Shown in pieces: positions 47,914-57,230 of a DNA stretch of 64,000 bases. The DNA is taken from NCBI GenBank assembly GCA_013178005.1, contig JABLXL010000005.1, forward strand, positions 1,544-65,543. Reading direction: 5' to 3'. This DNA comes from Actinomycetota bacterium (GTDB lineage: Bacteria; Actinomycetota; Geothermincolia; Geothermincolales; RBG-13-55-18). Below the pieces are notes generated by a model. It made no database searches and was not told where the DNA came from. It was given only the letters and a program-made list of their open reading frames with translations. The number at the start of each line of letters is the position of its first letter. The stretch's first letter is position 1. A program made the position numbers and the translations under genes.

Positions 47914-49425
47914 TCAGGCGCCGGCGTGCTTGATGCCCAGGATGTCCAGTTCCTCCTGGGTGAGCCCCACTCCGCGCAGGCGCAGCCGGTTGCCGCGCAG
48001 GCTCTCTATGGCGTTGATGCCCATGCCTCCCAGCATCTCCATGATCTCGTGCGACCACCCGGTGAGCAGGTTCACCAGTCGCCGCGTCCCCACGTCGGGG
48101 TTTAAGCGCTTGGAGAGGTAGGGGTCCTGGGTGGCGATTCCCCAGTTGCACTTTCCGGTGTAGCATTTCTGGCAAACGTGGCATCCCATGGCCACCAGGG
48201 CGGCGGTGCCGATATAGACGGCGTCGGCGCCCAGGGCGATGGCCTTGATGACGTCGGAGGAATTGCGGATGCCTCCCGCCACCACCACGCTGGCGCGGTT
48301 GCGTATGCCCTCCTCCCGCAGCCGCGTGTCCACCGCCGCCAGCGCCAGCTCTATGGGGATGCCCACGTTGTCGCGGATCATGGTGGGCGCCGCCCCCGTG
48401 CCGCCACGGATGCCGTCCAGGGCCACGATGTCCGCTCCCGCGCGCACTATTCCCGAGGCGATGGCGGCGGAGTTGTGCACCGCGGCGATCTTCACCGACA
48501 CCGGCTTCTCCCAGTGCGTGGCCTCTTTCAGGGCGTAGATAAGCTGGGCCAGGTCCTCGATGGAGTAGATGTCATGGTGCGGCGCCGGCGAGATGGCGTC
48601 CGTCCCCTTGGGTATCATGCGCGTGCGGGATATCTCCGCGCTCACCTTCTCCCCGGGGAGGTGGCCCCCGATGCCAGGCTTCGCGCCCTGGCCTATCTTG
48701 ATCTCCAGGGCTGCGGCCACCTCCAGGTAATCGGCATGCACCCCGAAACGCCCCGAGGCCACCTGGCATATGGTGTGGTCGCCGTACTTGTAGAGGTTGC
48801 GGTGCAGGCCGCCCTCGCCGGTGTTGTAGTAGGTGCCCATCTCCGTGGCCGCCCGGGCCAGGGACTCGCAGGCGTTGTAGCTTATGGCGCCGTAGGAGAT
48901 GGCGGAGAACATGATGGGGGTCTCCAGTCGCAACTGCGGGGTGAGCCTGGTCTCCAGGGAGGGCTTGCCTCCCTTCCTCCCGACCTTCACCACGTCCGGC
49001 TTGGCCCCCAGGTAGGTGCGCAGCTCCATGGGCTCGCGCAGGGGGTCGATGGACGGGTTGGTGACCTGGCTGGCGTCCAGGACGATGCGGTCCCAGTAGA
49101 TGGGGTAACCCTTGTCGCATCCCATGCCCGTGAGCAGGACACCGCCCGTCTCCGCCTGCCTGTAGATGTTGCGCAACACCTCCCCCGTCCAGTTGGCGTT
49201 GGGCGGGATCTGGGTGGGGTTATGGCGCACCACCAGGGCGTTGGTGGGGCACAGGGTTACGCAGCGCAGACAGCCCACGCACTTGCTCTCGTCGGCGAAG
49301 ACCGCGTCCTCCTCCTCGTCGTACCAGTGCACGTCAAAGGCACACTGCCTCGCGCAGACCTCGCAGCGGATGCACCGGTAATCGTCCCTTTCCACCAGGT
49401 ATTGCGGCAAAATATAACTCTTCAA
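47914..49425 (-). CDS. glutamate synthase FMN/Fe-S domain protein with an N-terminal 2x[4Fe-4S] ferredoxin (archaeal-type large-subunit central domain)
   Basis: N-terminal CIRCEVCARQC / CVGCLRCVTLCP, then a GltS FMN-binding TIM barrel (ISAMSYGAIS-like: FSAISYGAIS; GEGG; the C-x-C Fe-S ligand region MGCHVCQKC). Confidence 0.8.
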   Translation of the reverse strand: MKSYILPQYLVERDDYRCIRCEVCARQCAFDVHWYDEEEDAVFADESKCVGCLRCVTLCPTNALVVRHNPTQIPPNANWTGEVLRNIYRQAETGGVLLTGMGCDKGYPIYWDRIVLDASQVTNPSIDPLREPMELRTYLGAKPDVVKVGRKGGKPSLETRLTPQLRLETPIMFSAISYGAISYNACESLARAATEMGTYYNTGEGGLHRNLYKYGDHTICQVASGRFGVHADYLEVAAALEIKIGQGAKPGIGGHLPGEKVSAEISRTRMIPKGTDAISPAPHHDIYSIEDLAQLIYALKEATHWEKPVSVKIAAVHNSAAIASGIVRAGADIVALDGIRGGTGAAPTMIRDNVGIPIELALAAVDTRLREEGIRNRASVVVAGGIRNSSDVIKAIALGADAVYIGTAALVAMGCHVCQKCYTGKCNWGIATQDPYLSKRLNPDVGTRRLVNLLTGWSHEIMEMLGGMGINAIESLRGNRLRLRGVGLTQEELDILGIKHAGA

Positions 49426-49447
49426 GGCATTCCTCCTCCGCCGGCCC

Positions 49448-50599
49448 TCAGGCCGGCTCCGCCCCGCTGATGCTCAATACCTTCCCCCCCGTCTCCTCTT
49501 CCCTGGCGGCGGGCTTGATCAGCTCCGCCACCACCGGAACTCCGCCGTGCGGAATCCAGGTATCCTTGAGGGTGTCGTCCACCAGGTGCATGGGAGCCTC
49601 CTCGGAGGAGATGTACATGAAGTCCCCGTTGCGGCCCGCCACCAACGGCCTCAGCCGGATGCGGTCGGTGAGCCCGATCATCTGCTCGCGGTTGGAGATG
49701 ATGATGCTGAAGGGCCCGTTGAGGAGCAGGGAGCCGTATGACTGCCGAAGGGCCACGTGCGCCTCCCTTTCACGCGCCGGCATGCGGTCTATCTCCGACC
49801 ACAGGGGCGCCGCGAGCACCCGGGACATGTCCTCTATGGACAGCCCGTGCCGCCGCACCAGGAGGTCGACCGCGTAGGCTATCACCTCCGTGTCCGTGAA
49901 CAGGGTGCACTTGTACCCGTACATCTCCAGGTGACGCATGTTGATGCCGTAGGAGGATATCTCCCCGTTGTGCACCACCGACCAGTCGAGGATGTTGAAG
50001 GGATGCGCCCCTCCCCACCAGGCCTGGGTGTTGGTAGGGAACCTGCCGTGGGCCACCCATATGTATCCCTCGTACTCGTCGAGGCGGAAGAAACGCCCCA
50101 CGTCCTCCGGGAAACCCACTCCCTTGAAAACGCCCATGTCCTTGCCGCTGGAGAAGACGAAGGCCCCGTCTATGAACACGTTGATGTGCATCACCGCGCG
50201 CACCACGAAGTCGTCCACGTCCTCGAGGTCGCAGGCGATGCTCTCGCGGGGCTGCAGGAAATAGCGCCACAGCAGCGGGGGGTCGGAGACCCCCTCGCAG
50301 CTCCGGGTGGGTATGACCTCCGCCCCCTCCAGGGAGAAGGAATCCTTGAGGTAGCCCTCCGTTTCCTCCTTGGCGGCCTGGTCGTCGTACATGAGCTGGA
50401 AACAGTACAGCTCGGCATACTGGGGGTAGATGCCGTAGGCGGCGAAACCGCCCCCCAGGCCGTTGCTGCGCTCCTTCATGTTGGCGATGGCGGTGATCAT
50501 GGGATCGCCGTTGAACTTCTCGCCGCGCAGGTTCATCATCCCGAATATGGAGCAGCCGGAGAAATCCTTGTCGTCCCTTACGCGCGCGCCCCTGAGCAC
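49448..50599 (-). CDS. class-II glutamine amidotransferase domain protein (glutamate synthase amidotransferase domain, archaeal split type)
   Basis: Ntn GATase-II fold with nucleophile-Cys context (GCSIFGMM). The Cys lies about 15 residues after the predicted GTG start, which implies a propeptide or a misplaced start. Confidence 0.7.
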   Translation of the reverse strand: MLRGARVRDDKDFSGCSIFGMMNLRGEKFNGDPMITAIANMKERSNGLGGGFAAYGIYPQYAELYCFQLMYDDQAAKEETEGYLKDSFSLEGAEVIPTRSCEGVSDPPLLWRYFLQPRESIACDLEDVDDFVVRAVMHINVFIDGAFVFSSGKDMGVFKGVGFPEDVGRFFRLDEYEGYIWVAHGRFPTNTQAWWGGAHPFNILDWSVVHNGEISSYGINMRHLEMYGYKCTLFTDTEVIAYAVDLLVRRHGLSIEDMSRVLAAPLWSEIDRMPAREREAHVALRQSYGSLLLNGPFSIIISNREQMIGLTDRIRLRPLVAGRNGDFMYISSEEAPMHLVDDTLKDTWIPHGGVPVVAELIKPAAREEETGGKVLSISGAEPA

Positions 50600-50602
50600 C
50601 TC

Positions 50603-51916
50603 TCACACCCCCTCGTCCCTCGCGGCTCCGGCCTTCATGATCCCGGCCGCCGTCTCTTTTATACGCTCCTGCCTGACCGAGCGCGGCAGGTGTATGTGGC
50701 CGAAGGCCTCCTCCAGGAGGAAGTTCTTCACCCTGCGCACGTTGGCCCGTTCCTGGATGAGGCTGGTAAGTATGCCCGCGCGCTCCACGCGCCCCGCCAC
50801 GAGCATGCCCACGATGACGTCGCCTTGCAGCACCACCTTACGGTAGTCGCCTCCGTCCACCCGGCGCGCTATCACCTCGTAGCCGTCCTCGGGAGGGTTC
50901 ACGACGCCCGCGGAGAGCACCGGGAGGCCGAAGAACTCCACCGCGTTCATGGAATTGCACCCCGGGTAGGGGACCTCCCTTCCCGCCATGTTCAGGCCGG
51001 CGTACTTCCCCTGCAGGGCGGCCACGGGCCAGAGCGCGTTGATGGCAGGTTTTCCCAGCACGATATCCATGGCGCTCACCGCATCTCCCGCCGCGAAAAC
51101 ATCCTCCAGGGAGGTGCGCTGGTGCTCGTCCACCTCGATGCCATGGGGACAGTCAAGGCCCGCTCCCTCGGCCAGTTCCGCGCGCGGCCTCACCCCCACG
51201 GCCATGACCAGGAGGTCGAAGTCTATCTCGCCGCCGTCCTCGAGGGTCGCCTTGCCCTTTCCTCCCCCCGTGGACTCCAGGGCGGCCACGCCCTGCCCGG
51301 TGACGATGTCGATGCCCGCCTCGCGGCACCTCTCCCAGACCATGCGCGAGGCCTGTTCGTCCAGCGCCTGGGGGAGTACGCGCTCCATCTTCTCCACCAC
51401 CGTCACCTCGGCGCCGCGCGCCTCCGCCGCCTCCGCCGCCTTCATGCCTATAAGCCCCGCTCCCACCACCAGGACGCGCGCGGGCTTGGCGGTCCTTGCC
51501 AGCATGCGCTTGGCGTCGTCCCAGTTCACGAAGGTTATGTAGTCCACGTCCTCCAGCCCGGGAACGGGGGGGATGAAGGGCTTGAAGCCCGTCGCCAGCA
51601 GCAGCTTGCGCCACTTCACCTTCTCGTTATCCGCCGTGGTGAGGGTCTTTTTCCCGGCGTCAACCGCCTCGACCCTGGCGCCCTTGCGGAACTCCACCCG
51701 CATGGAGCGGTAGTAGCCGGAGGGGCGGTAGTACATCCCCTTGCTCTCTATCTGGCCAGCCACCAGGTAGGAGATGAGGGGGCGGGAATAGCAACGGTAT
51801 TTCTCCTCCGCGAAGAGGACGATGGACCCCTCCCGATCCACGCTGCGAATGGCGTCACAGGCGTTTATCGCCGCCGCCGAGTTGCCCACTATCGCGTAAT
51901 CGTACCTGGCCGCCAT
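50603..51916 (-). CDS. FAD/NAD(P)-dependent pyridine-nucleotide-disulfide oxidoreductase family flavoprotein (probable electron-donating partner of the split GOGAT)
   Basis: Two Rossmann dinucleotide motifs (YAIVGNSAAA, VLVVGAGLIGMKAAEAA) and a C-terminal dimerisation domain. Confidence 0.7.
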   Translation of the reverse strand: MAARYDYAIVGNSAAAINACDAIRSVDREGSIVLFAEEKYRCYSRPLISYLVAGQIESKGMYYRPSGYYRSMRVEFRKGARVEAVDAGKKTLTTADNEKVKWRKLLLATGFKPFIPPVPGLEDVDYITFVNWDDAKRMLARTAKPARVLVVGAGLIGMKAAEAAEARGAEVTVVEKMERVLPQALDEQASRMVWERCREAGIDIVTGQGVAALESTGGGKGKATLEDGGEIDFDLLVMAVGVRPRAELAEGAGLDCPHGIEVDEHQRTSLEDVFAAGDAVSAMDIVLGKPAINALWPVAALQGKYAGLNMAGREVPYPGCNSMNAVEFFGLPVLSAGVVNPPEDGYEVIARRVDGGDYRKVVLQGDVIVGMLVAGRVERAGILTSLIQERANVRRVKNFLLEEAFGHIHLPRSVRQERIKETAAGIMKAGAARDEGV

Positions 51917-51919
51917 GTC

Positions 51920-52357
51920 CTATTCCTCCACCATCAACAGGGCCTCGTTGGGGCAGTTGGCGACGCAGGCCGGCACCTCGAGGTCCGGGCACAGGTCGCA
52001 TTTCCCCACCGCCTTCCGCTCAGCCTCGTCGCGGCGCACGGCCCCGAATGGGCACACCAGGATGCAGGTCCAGCATCCCACGCAGCGTTCCGGGTCGTTG
52101 ACCACCGCTCCCGTTTCGGGGTCCTTGGACATCGCGCCCGAGAGGCACGCGGTCACGCAAGGGGCCTCCTCGCAATGCCGGCACTGCAACGCGAAGGATA
52201 CATGCCCTTCCTCCTCCACCTCGACCCGCTTTACCGGCCTCCTCTCGCTCTTGAAGGCCTTGATGATGTTCTTGCTCCTGGAGTGCTGCACGATGCAGTG
52301 TATCTCGCACAGGCGACACCCGATGCAGTACTCCTCGCGAGGCACGATTCTGATCAA
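51920..52357 (-). CDS. 4Fe-4S dicluster ferredoxin-like protein (HycB-like, multiple clusters)
   Basis: CIGCRLCEIHC, CRHCEEAPCVTAC, CVGCWTCILVCP and CDLCPD...CVANCP motifs. Confidence 0.7.
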   Translation of the reverse strand: MIRIVPREEYCIGCRLCEIHCIVQHSRSKNIIKAFKSERRPVKRVEVEEEGHVSFALQCRHCEEAPCVTACLSGAMSKDPETGAVVNDPERCVGCWTCILVCPFGAVRRDEAERKAVGKCDLCPDLEVPACVANCPNEALLMVEE

Positions 52358-52634
52358 AACGGTACCACCTTCTCTTTCCTCGGGCCGGGGTCAGGCGCCG
52401 GCTCCTCCCGCCCTCATCACCGCCTGCGTCACCACGCTGCGGGCATGGAAACACAAACATAATAAATGCAAACGGGGTCTAATACCATAATCCTGCGCGC
52501 CCTCGGGAAACGGCTTGGCGGTTATAGAGGCCCTCGCTGGATCCCATGGCGGCTCGCCGTCCATCGCCGACCGGTCCCGGAGCCTCGGCTTACCTAAACC
52601 GTGTCGGGCACGGCGGGACACTCCCGTAACAAAC

Positions 52635-52663
52635 AATAGGCAATAGGTTACCTATTGCCTATT
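52635..52663. promoter_or_regulatory. perfect 13-3-13 inverted repeat AATAGGCAATAGG-TTA-CCTATTGCCTATT in the divergent GOGAT-operon / NrpR-like promoter region
   Basis: Seen directly. Lies about 20 bp upstream of a TTGTCA...TAATAT promoter-like element and about 70 bp upstream of the regulator's TTG start (RBS AAAGGAG). Confidence 0.6.
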
Positions 52664-52733
52664 TAATACGTTTTATTATATATTGTCAAGCAGAATGGCG
52701 GCTAATATTTACCGTTAAAGGAGTGAAAAGCCC

Positions 52734-53723
52734 TTGCTGGAACGGAAAACGCTGGCCATCCTGGAGGTGCTAAGGGAAGCGCGGGAGCCCCTGGGTGCGA
52801 GGGCCATTTCACAGGAACTCTCCCGCCGGGGAATCGAGCTCAACGAGAGGACGGTGCGCTACCACCTGCTGCACCTGGACGAGCGCGGTCTCACCCGGCT
52901 GGAGGGCAGGCGGGGCCGCTCGCTCACCGATGCCGGCTTGCGGGAGATCGAGGGCGCCATGGCCGTGGACAGGGTGGGGTTCGTGAACTCGCGCATCGAC
53001 GACCTCGCCTGCCGCTCCGATTTCAACCTCGCTGAGCGAAGGGGCCGCCTGGCGATCAACATCACCTTCCTCCCACTGGAGCAGGAGCGGCGCGCGGTCG
53101 AGGCGATGCGGGCCGCCTTCGAGGCGGGCTTCTGCCTCTCGGACCTGGCGCTGCGCGCCGGGCCGGGAGAGCGGGCGGGAGACATGGAGGTGCCCGCGGG
53201 GATGGTCGGCTGGGGCACCGTCTGCAGCGTAACTCTGAACGCGGTGTTCCTGCGCCACGGAATACCGGTGGAATCGAGTTTCGGCGGCCTTCTCGAGATC
53301 CGCGAGGGCAGGCCCGTGCGCTTCACCGAGATCATAAGCTACGCGGGCTCCAGCCTGGACCCCATCGAGATCTTCATCAAGGGCAAGATGACCAGCGTGC
53401 ACGCCGCGGCCACCGAGGGCGACGGAAGGATCTGCGCCTCCTTCCGGCTCATTCCCGCCTCCGCCTTCGATAACGCGGCAGAGGTCGCGGAAAGGATGAA
53501 GGAGGCGCGCCTCGGGGGGATGATCCTCCTGGGAAGGCCGGGACACCCACTTATGGAGGTGCCCGCCGGCAGGGACAGGGTGGGCCTGGTGGTCGCGGGA
53601 GGCCTCAACCCGCCCGCGGCAGCGGAGGAGATGGGGGTGGACACCTTCTCGCGCGCCATGGCCACCCTGGTGGACTACTCCTCGCTCTCCCCTTTCTCCT
53701 CCCTGGCTAGGCGCATCCGTTGA
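52734..53723 (+). CDS. NrpR-like nitrogen regulator (N-terminal winged HTH plus DUF128/NRD-type domain)
   Basis: N-terminal wHTH (LAILEVLREAREPLGARAISQELSRRGIELNERTVRYHLLHLDERGL) followed by a domain resembling the NRD (DUF128) of methanogen NrpR. The nitrogen-cluster context supports this. TTG start. Confidence 0.5.
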   Translation: MLERKTLAILEVLREAREPLGARAISQELSRRGIELNERTVRYHLLHLDERGLTRLEGRRGRSLTDAGLREIEGAMAVDRVGFVNSRIDDLACRSDFNLAERRGRLAINITFLPLEQERRAVEAMRAAFEAGFCLSDLALRAGPGERAGDMEVPAGMVGWGTVCSVTLNAVFLRHGIPVESSFGGLLEIREGRPVRFTEIISYAGSSLDPIEIFIKGKMTSVHAAATEGDGRICASFRLIPASAFDNAAEVAERMKEARLGGMILLGRPGHPLMEVPAGRDRVGLVVAGGLNPPAAAEEMGVDTFSRAMATLVDYSSLSPFSSLARRIR

Positions 53724-53912
53724 GGGGAAAAACGGCGGCGCCCGTTGAAGCAGCCCATGCTCTCACGCCCATCAAGGGCGAGACGTCGCGCAGCTAATAT
53801 GTGCCAAACGAGGCGCGGAAGGTCATCGCCCCGGGGCGTAGTAGATATAGTTAGCCGGCATGGAGCGGAGGAAGCGGGGATCTTGGAATTGGAGCTAGAT
53901 ACGGCGAGCGGG

Positions 53913-54731
53913 ATGTACGCCTTGAGGACGAAAGAGCTGGTGAAGGACTACCCCCGTCCGGGCGTAGGCGCGCGGTCCTTTTTCCTGCCTTACTGGGGCC
54001 AAGATAAGGTGAGGGCGCTGGACGGCGTCAGCCTGACCGTGCCCCGCGGCGAGGTATTCGGGCTTCTGGGCACCAACGGGGCCGGCAAGACCACGCTCAT
54101 GAAGATCGCCTTCGGCCTGCTGCTCCCCACCTCGGGCACCGTGGAGGTGCTGGGCGAGGACCCCGGGCGGAGAGGGGTGCGCGCGCGCATGGGCATGGTG
54201 CTTGGGGAGGAGCGGAGTTTCTACTGGCGCCTCTCCGGGCGCCGCAACTTGGAGTTCTTCGCTGCCCTGCATGATATGAGCCGCGCCGCCGCGGCGGAGC
54301 GCATCGAGGAGCTCGCATCCCTGTTGGGGATGTCCCCGTACCTCGACGCGCCTTTTTCCGACTACTCGGCGGGCATGCGCCAGAAGGCCGCCGTGGCGAG
54401 AGCCCTGTTGCACGATCCCGAGGTCCTCTTCCTGGACGAGCCCACCCGCTCCCTCTCCCCCGAGGCGGCTTACCCGCTGAGGGATTTCATCGCCCGCGAG
54501 CTGGTGGAAAAACGCGGCAAGAGCGTCGTCCTCGCCACCCAGGACATGGAGGAGGCCGAAAAGCTTTGCCGGGAGGTGGGGTTACTGCACCGCGGCCGCC
54601 TCCTCTACCTGGGCACCATGGAGGGGCTGTTGGGGGAGGGCAGGGAGCGCCTGGGGGCGGACGCCCGCCTTGGCGATGTCTTCGTGGACCTGGTGCGGGA
54701 GCACGAAGAGCCTGGGGGGGGAGGTAGATGA
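53913..54731 (+). CDS. ABC transporter ATP-binding protein (ABC-2 / DrrA-like exporter family)
   Basis: Walker A GTNGAGKTT, signature YSAGMRQK, Walker B LFLDEPT. Start placed at MYALRTKEL, but an upstream TTG is possible. Confidence 0.8.
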   Translation: MYALRTKELVKDYPRPGVGARSFFLPYWGQDKVRALDGVSLTVPRGEVFGLLGTNGAGKTTLMKIAFGLLLPTSGTVEVLGEDPGRRGVRARMGMVLGEERSFYWRLSGRRNLEFFAALHDMSRAAAAERIEELASLLGMSPYLDAPFSDYSAGMRQKAAVARALLHDPEVLFLDEPTRSLSPEAAYPLRDFIARELVEKRGKSVVLATQDMEEAEKLCREVGLLHRGRLLYLGTMEGLLGEGRERLGADARLGDVFVDLVREHEEPGGGGR

Positions 54732-55519
54732 AAAAGGCCCTTGCCTTCCTGCGGCGCGACTTCCTCATAGAGACCAGTTACCGCTTCAATTTCCTCCTCT
54801 CCCTGGCGGGGATGTTATTCTCCGTGCTCATCTTCTACTTCGCGGGGAGGATTGTGGACCCGTCATACGTGAGCGACACCGCCGACGACTATTTCTCCTT
54901 CGCCCTGGTGGGAATGGCCATGGCCATGTACCTGCGCGCGGGCCTGGGCTCCTTCGCGGAGAGCGTGCGCGAGGAGCAGATGATGGGGACCCTGGAGGCC
55001 ATGATGGCCACCCCTACCTCCCTCTCCACCATCGTACTCTCCTCGGCGATATGGCGCTTTCTCTTCACATCGCTGAGCGTGCTCGCGTACCTGCTGGTGG
55101 GCGCGGCCTTCGGCGTCTCCTTCGCGGGGGCTAACATCCCGGCCGCCCTCCTTCTCATGGCGCTGACCGTGCTCGCCTACGCCTCCCTGGGCATCGTATC
55201 CGCAAGCTTCATCGTGGTCTTCAAGCGCGGCGACCCCGTCAACTGGGTGGTGAGCAGCCTGTCCATCCTGCTGGGGGGCGTCTTCTTTCCCTACAGCGTG
55301 CTCCCGGGATGGATGCAGTTCTTCTCCCGCCTCCTTCCCATGACCTGGTCCCTGGACGGCATCCGGTCAGCCCTCCTCAAGGGCTCGGGGTTTTCGTCCC
55401 TGTGGCGAGAGTTCCTGGCCCTGGCGGCGATAGCCGCGGTCCTGGTCCCCTTGAGCCTGGGGCTCTTCAGCCTGGCTGTCCGCCATGCCCGCCGCACCGG
55501 CTCCCTGGTAAAATACTGA
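54728..55519 (+). CDS. ABC-2 family transporter permease
   Basis: Six predicted TM helices. 4-nt overlap with the preceding ATPase gene. Confidence 0.75.
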   Translation: MKKALAFLRRDFLIETSYRFNFLLSLAGMLFSVLIFYFAGRIVDPSYVSDTADDYFSFALVGMAMAMYLRAGLGSFAESVREEQMMGTLEAMMATPTSLSTIVLSSAIWRFLFTSLSVLAYLLVGAAFGVSFAGANIPAALLLMALTVLAYASLGIVSASFIVVFKRGDPVNWVVSSLSILLGGVFFPYSVLPGWMQFFSRLLPMTWSLDGIRSALLKGSGFSSLWREFLALAAIAAVLVPLSLGLFSLAVRHARRTGSLVKY

Positions 55520-56217
55520 CCATGGAGACGCGCGGCACTTTGGAAGGGGAAGAGAAGGTCGAGCGCGGAGGCGGACCCGCCCAGGGGGATGCGGGAGAGG
55601 TCGGGAGAGGGACGCGTGGGGCCTTCCTGCCCCTGGAGGACCTCCTCTACTGGATGGAGAGGGAGGAGGGCTGCGATTCGGAGCCGCTCGGTTACCTTGG
55701 AGCCCACTTCCCCACCGGCTGCCGCTACTGCATCTGAGGCCGGGCGCCACGCCGGATGGAAGCCAGGCGACTGGGGGGATTCGCGTAAATCGGTTTCGAC
55801 ATCCATATATTACCATCCTGGTACTTGGTATAGGCGGGCGGCGGGAGATCGCGCCTCGGGGTGTTGCGGCATACAGCAAGGAGCGGGCACCCGCGCCTAT
55901 TCTGGCCAGGCATTCGGAAGCCGCCATCAAAGTGCCGGGCTTAGGCGGGGGAGGGGGATGGCGGAACATGGCACCGAGGCAATTAAGCCCCACTCGGGTT
56001 CGTGCGTGGATTCGGGGCAGGCATTTGGAAGCCGCCATCCAAGCACTGGGCTTACGCGAAGGGCGGTGGGATCGCGGAGCATGGCGCCGAGCTAATTCAG
56101 CCCGACTCCAGCTCGCGCGTAGATCGGGGTGATTCGTGGAACCCGGGGCGGACGCGTTCCTGGCTTGCGGTGGTTTAACCCGCAAGGAAAGCGGGCAAAA
56201 ATAGAGCAGGGGAGCCA

Positions 56218-57018
56218 GTGGATCGGTATAAGCACATGGGAGAGGAGCGCGCGATGGAAGGTAGCTTCTTCGAGGGGATAACCCAGCGGCCGGTGGCGAT
56301 AACGGGCGGTGCCTGCGAGGTGCCCATCCTCTACCGCGACGTTTTCGCGGTGGCGGGGGTCTTCGCCGCCCCGACTCTCAAGCTCAAGGAATTGCTTCCC
56401 ACATCCAAGCTGGTTCCCGCCGAGATGTACCCCGGCAAAGGCCTGCTGGGCTTCATGGCGGCGGATTACCGCGACTCCACCATAGGGCCCTACCGGGAAT
56501 TTATCATCATGGTGCCGGTGCGCTATCACCCACGCTTCAACCCTCCCCTGCTGCCGGTGCTGCGCATGGCCGCATCCCTATCCTTCGAGGTCTTCATATG
56601 GCAGCTCCCCCTCACCTCCGAGCTGGGGCTTCACGCCGGCATCGACATATGGGGGTTTCCCAAATTCCTGGCGGACATCGAGATCGAGGAGGACAGCTCG
56701 AAGGTGTCGTGCCGTCTGTCGGAGGGAGGGAAGGAGATCCTCGCCCTGGAGGTGAGGAAAAACGCCGCGCGTATGAAGACCTACTTCGACTACACCATAT
56801 TTTCCGTGAAAGACCGGGAGCTCCTACGCACCCCCGTAAGCGGCATCTCCGGAGGCCTGGGTCGCAGCTTCCGGCCGGGAGGCGCCCGCCTCACCCTGGG
56901 CGAGCATGACCTGTCGCGCCGCATTCGCGAGATCGCGCCCGGGCGCAGCGTGATGACCCTTTACGTCCCGAAAGGGAAGCTCATCCTGCCGGAGGCGGAG
57001 GAACGCCTGGCGCTGTAG
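56218..57018 (+). CDS. acetoacetate decarboxylase (ADC)-family protein
   Basis: Overall ADC-like beta-cone pattern (...YRDSTIGPYREFIIMVPV...). The start is possibly at 56254. Confidence 0.45.
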   Translation: MDRYKHMGEERAMEGSFFEGITQRPVAITGGACEVPILYRDVFAVAGVFAAPTLKLKELLPTSKLVPAEMYPGKGLLGFMAADYRDSTIGPYREFIIMVPVRYHPRFNPPLLPVLRMAASLSFEVFIWQLPLTSELGLHAGIDIWGFPKFLADIEIEEDSSKVSCRLSEGGKEILALEVRKNAARMKTYFDYTIFSVKDRELLRTPVSGISGGLGRSFRPGGARLTLGEHDLSRRIREIAPGRSVMTLYVPKGKLILPEAEERLAL

Positions 57019-57230
57019 GCGTTCCCGATCCGTGCCGGGTGGGGAAGAGCCGGTATCCTCGCCAAGACAAATGGGCGCGGAGCGGTCATTAGCACGAGCA
57101 CGGTCGGTGATGGAACCTGATCAAAGCAGATAATCAAGAACGCTTATGAGAAGGTTGGGGGTCATCCGCACGAGTCGGCGGTAGAGTGCAACCGGGCGTT
57201 ACGAAAGGACATGCGTATGCACAACCGGCG

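Noticed and set aside
49757-52462. 901-aa plus-strand ORF spanning the GOGAT amidotransferase, flavoprotein and ferredoxin genes
   Set aside because: Antisense shadow across three real genes. It is H/R/G/A-rich with no motifs.
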